A stretch of DNA of 32,000 nt from contig NC_013926.1 in the NCBI RefSeq assembly GCF_000025665.1, positions 900,001-932,000 on the forward strand, written 5' to 3'. Shown here in pieces: positions 13,821 to 21,647 of this stretch. A model generated the notes under the pieces. The model ran no database searches and had not been told where the DNA came from. It saw nothing but the letters and a program-made list of their open reading frames with translations. The stretch's first letter is position 1; each line of letters begins with the position of its first letter. The stretch is from Aciduliprofundum boonei T469 (GTDB taxonomy: Archaea; Thermoplasmatota; Thermoplasmata; Thermoplasmatales; Aciduliprofundaceae). The position numbers were made by a program, and so were the translations under genes.

Positions 13821-16800
13821 ATGATTCCTGTTATCTATGGAGAGCTATGTCCACAATGCCATGATAAACTAAGTTGGAAGGAAATAGAAAATAATTTATG
13901 CGAGAATACTGGAAAGGAGTTATCTCGCACGAGAGAATCCGAGATTTACGGAGAATTTGAGAAATTCTTTGTGGAAAAATTCGGATCTAAGCCCAGAGCA
14001 ATTCAGAGAATGTGGGCCAGGAGGGTCCTCGCTGGGAAATCTTTTGCGGCCATAGCTCCCACTGGGATAGGAAAAACATCCTTTGGGATATTAATGTCCA
14101 TGTTTCTCGCTAGGAAGGGAAAAAAGTCCTACTTGCTTGTACCAACCACAATAATTTTAAAGGATATGGTTAAAAAATTTGAGGATCTTGGAGAGGATAT
14201 CGCGTTTTATCATTCCAAGATGAAAGGAGAGGAAAAGAAAGGCATGGAAAATAGGATCAAAGAAGGAAAATTCAATATTTTAATCACCACAACAGCTTAT
14301 CTTGCAAGAAACCATAAAAATTTATACGGTAAATTTTTCCATTTTATATTTGTTGATGATGTGGATTCACTCCTAAAAAGGTCAAAAAATCTGGAGAAGG
14401 TTCTGAAAATTTTGCATAAAAAAGGGGTTTTGATGGTTTCTACAGCCACAGGAACCAAGGGATACAATACGAAGATTTTAAGGGACAAATTAGGATTTGA
14501 TGTTGGAAATATGCGCAATGCTGTGAGGAACATAGAAGACATCTACGCGAGCAAAGATACGCTCAAGGATATATTGAATGCAATGGGATCAGGAGCGCTT
14601 ATATTCGCGCCTACTGCGAAAGAAGCTAAAACTCTTGCGGACCGTATAGGAGATAAGGCGGGTTTGGTCATTGAAAAAGATAAAAGAGCATACGATGATT
14701 TCCAGGCAGGAAAATTGGATTATCTTGTTGGAGTTTCGACTCCATATGGCTCTTTAATAAGAGGTATTGATATGCCAGATAGGATTAGATATGTCATTTT
14801 TTATGGCATTCCGAGATTTAAGATAAATGCGGAGAATCTGGACGATTTTGGAGATAAGCTAATGCTCTCTCTTGCGTATGGATTAAGAGATTACGGCTTT
14901 GATGAATACATAAAAAATAGGAATGTAAAAGAGATAAGGGAGAAATTAAAAAGTATATTGCAAAATAGAAAAGATATCAGGGGAGAAGATTTTATTTATA
15001 AAAATGGCCATATAATCTTCCCGGATGTGAAAACTTATATTCAAGGTTCTGGAAGAGCATCTCGCTTGTATGCTGGAGGTATAACAAAGGGAGCTTCATT
15101 TCTTCTTGATGGCGATGATATGGTTGAAATATTCTTGCAAAGAGCAGAGCTTTACGGAATAGAATTTAAATCTCTTGAAGATGTGGATATTGAATCCCTA
15201 AAGCGAGAAATTGATAGGGATAGAAGGAGAATAGCGGAGAAGGTCGAGGAAAAAGATGTTATAACTCCATCTTTGTTTATAGTTGAAAGTCCAAACAAGG
15301 CAAAACACATAGCCCATTTCTTCGGTAAGCCAAATTTAAGGATAATAGGAAATGCGGTTGTCTATGAGGTCGCCGTGGGCGATAGAGTTTTGACAATAGC
15401 ACCATCTCTGGGTCATACCGTTGATTTGAGCACAACACAGGGTTATTATGGAGTAGTTATAAAAACAGGGCTTTTCATTCCAGTTTACTCCCCCATAAGA
15501 AAGTGCAGGGATTGCGGCTATCAATTCACAGAGGGTAATAAATGCCCTGTTTGTGGCTCAGAGGATATCTATAATGCGAGAGAGCAGATAGAAATTCTTC
15601 GCAGACTGGCATATGAATGTGAGGATGTGATTATAGGCACAGATCCCGATACCGAGGGGGAGAAGATAGCGTGGGATTTGAGGAATCTACTGTCTCCTTT
15701 TGCAAAGAGCATAAAGAGGGCAGAGTTTCATGAAGTAACCAAGGATGCCATAATAAAGGCAATACGAGAGAGTAGAGAATTTGATGAAAATTTGGTAAAG
15801 GCACAAATCGTGAGGAGAATAGAGGACAGATGGATAGGGTTTGAACTTTCACATATCCTTTGGAATTTGTTTGGAAAGAAGAATCTATCCGCAGGGAGAG
15901 CCCAAACGCCAGTTCTGGGATGGATCATTGAGAGATACGAGAAATCAAAAGAGATAAGGGAGGAGTATTTTATAAAGGGGACGGATGTAAAATCACCTTG
16001 GAAAGAGAATGTTCTTGCCAAGGTAGAGAAAATTGGGGACGAAGTGAAAGATTATGTTGTTCCCCCGTACACCACCGATGAGATTTTAAAAGATGCAAAT
16101 ACCATATTGGGTTTAGGGGCAAGAGAAGCTATGAATATACTCCAAGACTTATTTGAATCTGGGTTGATAACTTATCACAGAACGGATTCAACCCATGTAT
16201 CGCAGGAGGGTATGAGCATTGCGAAGAAATACTTGGGCGAGGATTTTAGACCTAGAAGATGGGGCAAAGAGGGGGCTCATGAATGTATAAGACCAACAAA
16301 GCCCTGGAGTGCAGAGGATATAAGAAGATTTGTAAATGAGGGAATTTTGAATTTAGAGATACAGGATGAAGCACTGCGTGTTTATGATTTGATATTTCGG
16401 AGATTTATGGCTTCTGAAAGTGTAGGCAAGATAAGAATTTCAAAGTATAAAGTATCCGCAAAGGGAAAGGTTTTGGAGATTCCCCTGATTGTTGAAGCTT
16501 ATGGCAAGAGTGTTGAACTCTATCCTTACAGAATTAAAGTTTACAGGCCCTTGCCTACGGGAATGGTTAGAATCGAGGTTGAAAAGAGAAAGATCAAACT
16601 TGCACCATATACCCAAGCGGATGTAATAAGGTTAATGAAGGATAGGAAAATAGGTAGGCCAAGTACCTATGCCACAATAATATCCAAGCTATTCAAAAGG
16701 GATTATATCGTAGAGCGCAGTGGAAAATTGATACCCACAAGGATTGGAATTGAAGTTTATTCATTTTTGTCCACCAACTATGGAAAATTTGTAAGTGAAG

Positions 16801-16913
16801 AGAGGACAAGAATATTAGAAAGAAAAATGGAGGATGTAGAGAATGGAAATAGGGATTATCTGTATGTTCTAAATGAGCTTTATGAGGAAATAGGTAAGAT
16901 AAGAGGAAACTAA
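13821..16913 (+). CDS. rgy: reverse gyrase (SF2 helicase-like domain fused to type IA topoisomerase)
   Basis: 1,030-aa ORF. Helicase motif I is AIAPTGIGKTSFG, motif II is FVDDVD and motif VI is QGSGRASRL. The Toprim region has LFIVESPNKA and IGTDPDTEGEKIAWD. The internal zinc finger is CRDCGYQFTEGNKCPVCG. The topoisomerase active-site region is ITYHRTDSTHVS. Confidence 0.92.
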   Translation: MIPVIYGELCPQCHDKLSWKEIENNLCENTGKELSRTRESEIYGEFEKFFVEKFGSKPRAIQRMWARRVLAGKSFAAIAPTGIGKTSFGILMSMFLARKGKKSYLLVPTTIILKDMVKKFEDLGEDIAFYHSKMKGEEKKGMENRIKEGKFNILITTTAYLARNHKNLYGKFFHFIFVDDVDSLLKRSKNLEKVLKILHKKGVLMVSTATGTKGYNTKILRDKLGFDVGNMRNAVRNIEDIYASKDTLKDILNAMGSGALIFAPTAKEAKTLADRIGDKAGLVIEKDKRAYDDFQAGKLDYLVGVSTPYGSLIRGIDMPDRIRYVIFYGIPRFKINAENLDDFGDKLMLSLAYGLRDYGFDEYIKNRNVKEIREKLKSILQNRKDIRGEDFIYKNGHIIFPDVKTYIQGSGRASRLYAGGITKGASFLLDGDDMVEIFLQRAELYGIEFKSLEDVDIESLKREIDRDRRRIAEKVEEKDVITPSLFIVESPNKAKHIAHFFGKPNLRIIGNAVVYEVAVGDRVLTIAPSLGHTVDLSTTQGYYGVVIKTGLFIPVYSPIRKCRDCGYQFTEGNKCPVCGSEDIYNAREQIEILRRLAYECEDVIIGTDPDTEGEKIAWDLRNLLSPFAKSIKRAEFHEVTKDAIIKAIRESREFDENLVKAQIVRRIEDRWIGFELSHILWNLFGKKNLSAGRAQTPVLGWIIERYEKSKEIREEYFIKGTDVKSPWKENVLAKVEKIGDEVKDYVVPPYTTDEILKDANTILGLGAREAMNILQDLFESGLITYHRTDSTHVSQEGMSIAKKYLGEDFRPRRWGKEGAHECIRPTKPWSAEDIRRFVNEGILNLEIQDEALRVYDLIFRRFMASESVGKIRISKYKVSAKGKVLEIPLIVEAYGKSVELYPYRIKVYRPLPTGMVRIEVEKRKIKLAPYTQADVIRLMKDRKIGRPSTYATIISKLFKRDYIVERSGKLIPTRIGIEVYSFLSTNYGKFVSEERTRILERKMEDVENGNRDYLYVLNELYEEIGKIRGN

Positions 16914-16940
16914 ATATGTGTGAACGGCATGGGATAAACT

Positions 16941-17363
16941 ATGATCAGCATGTTTCGTATTGATGGTATAGAAGCAAAGCGTTTTATCGAGCCAGAAAAT
17001 GCGCCTCACGAGATTAGAATTGATAACAATAGTAGCATAATCTCAATAAACCAAGTGGATGTTGATAAGGCTAAAGTTGAATTTAAATTTACAATCACAT
17101 ACTCTGGAATTGGTGTGATAATTTTTGACGGGGCCTTGATTTATGAGGGGAAGGTAAAAGAGCTTGTAGGTGAGTGGAGAAAGAATCATAGAATGCCAGA
17201 TGATGTTGCTCAAGAGATTCATGGTACAATAATTAACAACTGCGTTATAGAAGCAGTGCTCATTGCTAAAGAACTAAGATTGCCGCCTCCGATACCTCCG
17301 CCTGCACAGGCGATGGCGCCTAAAAAAGGAGGCAAAAAGGCGGATGTTGTAGGATACGCCTAA
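16941..17363 (+). CDS. small protein (140 aa) with SecB-like sequence pattern and a Pro/Lys-rich tail
   Basis: FRIDGIEAKRFIEPENAPHEI parallels E. coli SecB [22 protein letters not shown]. The C-terminal LRLPPPIPPP parallels SecB FPQLNLAPVNF. The tail is AQAMAPKKGGKKADVVGYA. Confidence 0.55.
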   Translation: MISMFRIDGIEAKRFIEPENAPHEIRIDNNSSIISINQVDVDKAKVEFKFTITYSGIGVIIFDGALIYEGKVKELVGEWRKNHRMPDDVAQEIHGTIINNCVIEAVLIAKELRLPPPIPPPAQAMAPKKGGKKADVVGYA

Positions 17364-17671
17364 TATTCTCTCCATCTATGTCCGCATTTAGGACATATGT
17401 AGAATCTAGTTTCTGGTTCATCTGCAGCGCGGGTTTGCTGAAGCATCCAGTGGGCCCCAGCATGACCACATTTTGGACAAATGACACTTTCATCGTAAGG
17501 TAATGCTTTTAGTTCCTCCTCCGATGAAATTACAATCATCTCTTTTTCTTTTGCCTCAGCCACTATTTCTTGACTCTTGTCTTTATCGATTGGCATCTCG
17601 TAACCGCAACTTGAGCAAACCCATTTTCCATCTTTTGGATGCATTAAAGATCCGCATTTAGGGCAGAACAT
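17360..17671 (-). CDS. tfs: transcription factor S (TFIIS/RpoM-type cleavage factor)
   Basis: 103-aa ORF with two zinc ribbons: CPKCGSLM...CSSCG and CPKCGH...CPKCGH. The acidic hairpin is QQTRAADEPETRFY. Confidence 0.9.
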   Translation of the reverse strand: MFCPKCGSLMHPKDGKWVCSSCGYEMPIDKDKSQEIVAEAKEKEMIVISSEEELKALPYDESVICPKCGHAGAHWMLQQTRAADEPETRFYICPKCGHRWREY

Positions 17672-17694
17672 ACTGAGGCATAGAGTTATAGTTA

Positions 17695-18309
17695 TTAAAT
17701 ATTTTGAATTTTTATGCCTTCTAGGACAACAAAACTAGCATCTTCTCTATATCCATTTACCACATCTTTTTTTACATCCTTGCCTAAGAGAGTGCTTCTT
17801 ATTCTAACTATAAAGAACAAATCTTCTAAGAGAGATTCCACTTCATCAATGGTGTAAAAATGAGCATTTTTAAATCTTTCATCCCCTTTTTCTCCCATTT
17901 TCGTATATTTTTTCCCAAAATAGGAATTGCGGGGTATGAATCCGATAGCAATGCCACCCTCATCTTTCAATACCCTATAGCTCTCCTCAATTACTTTTCT
18001 TGCATCGCTAAAGAAAGGGAGGGATGTGGATATGAGAACTAAGTAGAATCTTTTGCTCTTATAAGGCAAATTCTCACCATATCCCTCTTTTACCTTTATT
18101 CCTCTATTCTTCGCAAATTCAAGCATGTTTTTGTCTGGGTCAATGCCATACTCTATACCTAGTGCATATGCGAACCTCCCCGTGCCAACTCCAATCTCTA
18201 ACTTTGGGGAAGGGTATTTACCTACTATGGGCTTTAAAGCTTTAATTTCTGCATCAAAGATTTCTTTATGTCTATCGTACCAGGAATCGTACTCTGCAGG
18301 ATTAAACAT
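17695..18309 (-). CDS. class I SAM-dependent methyltransferase
   Basis: 204-aa ORF. SAM motif I is LEIGVGTGRF, followed by later YRVLKDEGG. Its start lies 2 nt after the helicase stop (TAA-TT-ATG). Confidence 0.8.
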   Translation of the reverse strand: MFNPAEYDSWYDRHKEIFDAEIKALKPIVGKYPSPKLEIGVGTGRFAYALGIEYGIDPDKNMLEFAKNRGIKVKEGYGENLPYKSKRFYLVLISTSLPFFSDARKVIEESYRVLKDEGGIAIGFIPRNSYFGKKYTKMGEKGDERFKNAHFYTIDEVESLLEDLFFIVRIRSTLLGKDVKKDVVNGYREDASFVVLEGIKIQNI

Positions 18310-18311
18310 AA

Positions 18312-20339
18312 TTAAGAATTGTCATCAATCTTTAAAAATTTTCCTTCAGAGCGGGTGTAATCAATCAACTTTGTATATACTTCATTTGAACTTAGTGTTT
18401 TTGCATTTCCCAGCATAATGAGTTTTCTCTTTGCACGGGTAATAGCGACATTCAATCTCCTTAAATCGTCCAGAAATCCTATGTCTCCTTTATCGTTAGA
18501 GCGAACAAAGGAAATGATTATAACATCCTTTTCTCTGCCTTGAAAACCATCCACCGATTTTATTTCAATATCCTCAATCATGCTACGGAGTAAATCAACC
18601 TGGTCATCGTAGGGAGTAATGATCCCAATATGCTTTTCCTTTAATCCTATCTTTAAAAGGCAATCCACGGTATCCTTTACCGTCTCTGCCTCGCATTCGT
18701 TGTAGTATGAGGTAGAGCCCCCTCTCTTTTCTTCCTTGCAATTCTGCATATCCAAGAATACAATTATGGATTGTGGTTCGCATATACTTCTCATTGGCTC
18801 TTCCAGATTCTCCGCACTCACTCCCAAATCTTCTATGCTCCTATTTTTCACGCTTGGATGAGCAATCAACAAATCTTTGTAGAATAATTTTGATGGAAAC
18901 TTCATTATTTTCTCATTCATCCTATATTGGACCCTTAGCGTTATTGAAAGATGTGGATACAATTTTATAAATCTCTCAAATAGGGTTAATTGCAGTGCCT
19001 TTGCTTTATAACTCATTATAGTTGGAGGCAGCTGTCTATGATCTCCAGCCATGATGTATCTATCACCTTTTATCATAGGAATCAAGCAGGATGGTTCTAT
19101 AGATTGGGTGGCCTCATCTATAACCACAAAATCAAAATCCATATTGTATAGTAACTCGCTCCCAGCAGTTGAGTTTGTGGTGCATATAACATCAGCATTT
19201 TTTAAAACTCTCTTTATTACTTTTTCCTCCATCTTCTTTGCTTTTTTCACATATTCCTCTATTCTCCTTTGAATTTTGATCCATTGGGCCATATTCTTCA
19301 TAATCTCTACTGGCACTCCTCTGTAGCTACGGGAAGCATTTGCTAGATACACAATTTCATCATCGCCCATACCCCTTCTCCATTGTGGTGTGGGTTTTTT
19401 GTATTTTTCCTGTTCTGCTCTCATATCGTCTATTTTCTCCCAGATTTCCATTGCTTTTTTATATTCAATATCCTGAGCAACAATGTAGTCCAAGGTGTGT
19501 TCAATTATGCTTTTGCCAATTCTCGCAGGATGCCCCACTCTAACAACATTTACTTTGTGAGCCAATTTCTCAACCAAATTGTCCACAGCTACATTAGAAT
19601 CTGCTGTTGCCAGAACTCTATATCCTTTTTTAACCATCTGAATTATTCCCTCTGCCAAGGTTGTGGTTTTCCCCGTTCCGGGTGGACCATGGATTAAAAA
19701 AAGCTCAGAGCCAATAAGAGATTCTACAGCTTTTCTCTGAAAATTGTTTAATCTCCTGTTCTCCAATTTAATCCCAACTTTGCAAAGTTCAGGATTTGCA
19801 TTTCCTAAGAGTATCGCCCTTAATCTCAATTTATTCTCATCTTTTAATGATTGCAAAGCGCTTAACATCCTTTGAAATGTTATATCGTTGGCATAAAGAT
19901 CAATTCTCACACCCCTACTATAAACAAATTTGGGAGGTCTTTTTGAAAATGACAGAATAATGTATCTTTTTCCCTTCTCATAAACGGTAGCTTGAGGATT
20001 TTTAGGGGAGACCTTGCCAATGCTCACGATTACAATGTCTCCAACCATAATTTCGTTCTCTGGCATATCCTTGCGGGAGAATTTTACAAGATAGGCACCA
20101 CCCAATCCCCTGCCAATGAACTTTCCCTTTAGATTCAATATCGCCCTTCCCAATTTTTCCCTCTTTTTCCCACTTAATTTTTTTATCTCCTCCCAGTGAC
20201 GGCGCATTTCTTCTTCTCTCTCTAAGTTTATTAATTTTGAGAAATAGGATATGTAAGAATCAATATTTTCAAATTCCACTAGAAATCCCCCAATTTCTTC
20301 TGCTCTTTTTTCTTCATTGCTCTCTTTGCGCTCTTCCAA
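18312..20339 (-). CDS. SF1B Upf1/IGHMBP2-like helicase
   Basis: 675-aa ORF. Walker A is LIHGPPGTGKTTT. Motif II is VVIDEATQ, motif III is GDHRQLPP, motif V is VDGFQGREKDVIIIS and motif VI is LNVAITRAKRKL. The ATG start overlaps rnhB by 61 nt. An in-frame GTG at 20279 would give a TAGTG stop/start junction instead. Confidence 0.85.
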   Translation of the reverse strand: MEERKESNEEKRAEEIGGFLVEFENIDSYISYFSKLINLEREEEMRRHWEEIKKLSGKKREKLGRAILNLKGKFIGRGLGGAYLVKFSRKDMPENEIMVGDIVIVSIGKVSPKNPQATVYEKGKRYIILSFSKRPPKFVYSRGVRIDLYANDITFQRMLSALQSLKDENKLRLRAILLGNANPELCKVGIKLENRRLNNFQRKAVESLIGSELFLIHGPPGTGKTTTLAEGIIQMVKKGYRVLATADSNVAVDNLVEKLAHKVNVVRVGHPARIGKSIIEHTLDYIVAQDIEYKKAMEIWEKIDDMRAEQEKYKKPTPQWRRGMGDDEIVYLANASRSYRGVPVEIMKNMAQWIKIQRRIEEYVKKAKKMEEKVIKRVLKNADVICTTNSTAGSELLYNMDFDFVVIDEATQSIEPSCLIPMIKGDRYIMAGDHRQLPPTIMSYKAKALQLTLFERFIKLYPHLSITLRVQYRMNEKIMKFPSKLFYKDLLIAHPSVKNRSIEDLGVSAENLEEPMRSICEPQSIIVFLDMQNCKEEKRGGSTSYYNECEAETVKDTVDCLLKIGLKEKHIGIITPYDDQVDLLRSMIEDIEIKSVDGFQGREKDVIIISFVRSNDKGDIGFLDDLRRLNVAITRAKRKLIMLGNAKTLSSNEVYTKLIDYTRSEGKFLKIDDNS

Positions 20340-20917
20340 GAATGCCTTGTATGAGGTGGCAATTCATTATGCTCTTTCACATATTTTTCTAAGAATCTCT
20401 TTGTTCGCTCATCTGCAGGGTATCCTGAGCCAAACTCTCCAAGTTCTTTCTTCAATTCATTAATTATTCTATCCCTTTCAACCTTCGCAATTATGGATGC
20501 AGCGCTTACCATCGGATACTTAGAATCCGCCTTGTGTTCCGATATTATTTCTACATCTTTTCCCAATTTTTTCTTTATCTCCTCAGCAAATCTATCTTCA
20601 TTAACATCGGCTGCATCCACATACACCTTATCTCCGTTCAACTGAGAGATTACTCTTGCAAAAAGTTCAACTTCTATCTCATTCAAAGTCATTTTCTCTC
20701 TTAGTGCATCGATCTCCTCTGGTTCGATTTTTATCACAACTATCTTGGATGCAACTTTCTTTATTTCTTCTGCCAATCTCTCCCTCCTTTTTGGACTCAA
20801 TTTTTTTGAATCTTTTACTCTCAAAGATGCGATTTTGCTTTCCTCTCCGCAAACACCTGCCACTACCAGCGGGCCTATAACAGGACCTCGTCCAGCCTCA
20901 TCAACGCCACAGCTCAT
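20279..20917 (-). CDS. rnhB: ribonuclease HII
   Basis: MSCGVDEAGRGPVIGPLVVAG and DSKKLSPKRRE are RNase HII signatures. I prefer the ATG at 20917 because the TATA-like TTAATATAAG is centred about 26 nt upstream of it. The track's GTG at 20932 lies only about 11 nt from that box. Confidence 0.9.
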   Translation of the reverse strand: MSCGVDEAGRGPVIGPLVVAGVCGEESKIASLRVKDSKKLSPKRRERLAEEIKKVASKIVVIKIEPEEIDALREKMTLNEIEVELFARVISQLNGDKVYVDAADVNEDRFAEEIKKKLGKDVEIISEHKADSKYPMVSAASIIAKVERDRIINELKKELGEFGSGYPADERTKRFLEKYVKEHNELPPHTRHSWKSAKRAMKKKEQKKLGDF

Positions 20918-20989
20918 TACGGGATTTATCACCTCATCTTATATTAACCATTTGGAAAATTATTAATACTTCTGCATTTTTGTGCTTGT

Positions 20990-21646
20990 ATGGGGAACCC
21001 AAAGGTTAGCGTGGTAATAACGGGCTTTGAAGCAAAATTTTACGATGAGCTTTTAGATTTCATCACCTTATTTCAGTATGGCAAGTTCATAAAAAAATTG
21101 ATGTACGAAGAAACAGAGGTTGGATACGGAGATAATGTTGCGGAGTTGGGGGTGGGTAACGGAAGAAACGCAATTCTTCTCTCTAATCGTGTTGGGGAAA
21201 AAGGAGAGATCGTTGGATTTGACATCTCACCAGATATGCTTGAGAAGGCTAAAAAGAAAACTAAAGATTATAAGAATATCAGGATAATTAAGCATGATAT
21301 TCGACTTGATTTTCCTAAAGAATTTTACGATTATTTTGATGTGGCATTAATAGCCCTTGCCTTTCATGGATTCACACCAAGAGATAGAGAGAGGATTCTC
21401 GATAATGTAAGAAAAATTTTGAAAGATGGTGGAAAATTTTATATCCTTGACTATAACCAGATGAATTACGCTAAATCGCCTTTCTATTTTAAGATTTTAA
21501 TAGATAAGTTTGAATGCCCTTTAGCGGAGGAATTTTTGGGATATGATTTGATCAATGTGGCAAATAAGTATGGATTTAGACTCACAAAGAAAAGAACATA
21601 TGTTAAGGGGTTATTCCAATATTCTGAGTTTACTTTGGAGAAGTAA
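20990..21646 (+). CDS. class I SAM-dependent methyltransferase (UbiE/COQ5-like)
   Basis: 218-aa ORF. Motif I is VAELGVGNGRNA. Other motifs are GFDISPDMLEKAKKK and ILKDGGKFYILDY. A TATA-like AAATTATTAATA is centred about 27 nt upstream. Confidence 0.8.
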   Translation: MGNPKVSVVITGFEAKFYDELLDFITLFQYGKFIKKLMYEETEVGYGDNVAELGVGNGRNAILLSNRVGEKGEIVGFDISPDMLEKAKKKTKDYKNIRIIKHDIRLDFPKEFYDYFDVALIALAFHGFTPRDRERILDNVRKILKDGGKFYILDYNQMNYAKSPFYFKILIDKFECPLAEEFLGYDLINVANKYGFRLTKKRTYVKGLFQYSEFTLEK

Positions 21647-21647
21647 A

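Noticed and set aside
13821-16913. Reverse gyrase being truncated or split because it is only 1,030 aa
   Set aside because: Both halves are present in one frame with all core motifs: helicase motifs I, II and VI, the Toprim region, the internal zinc finger and the active-site Tyr region. It is compact but complete.
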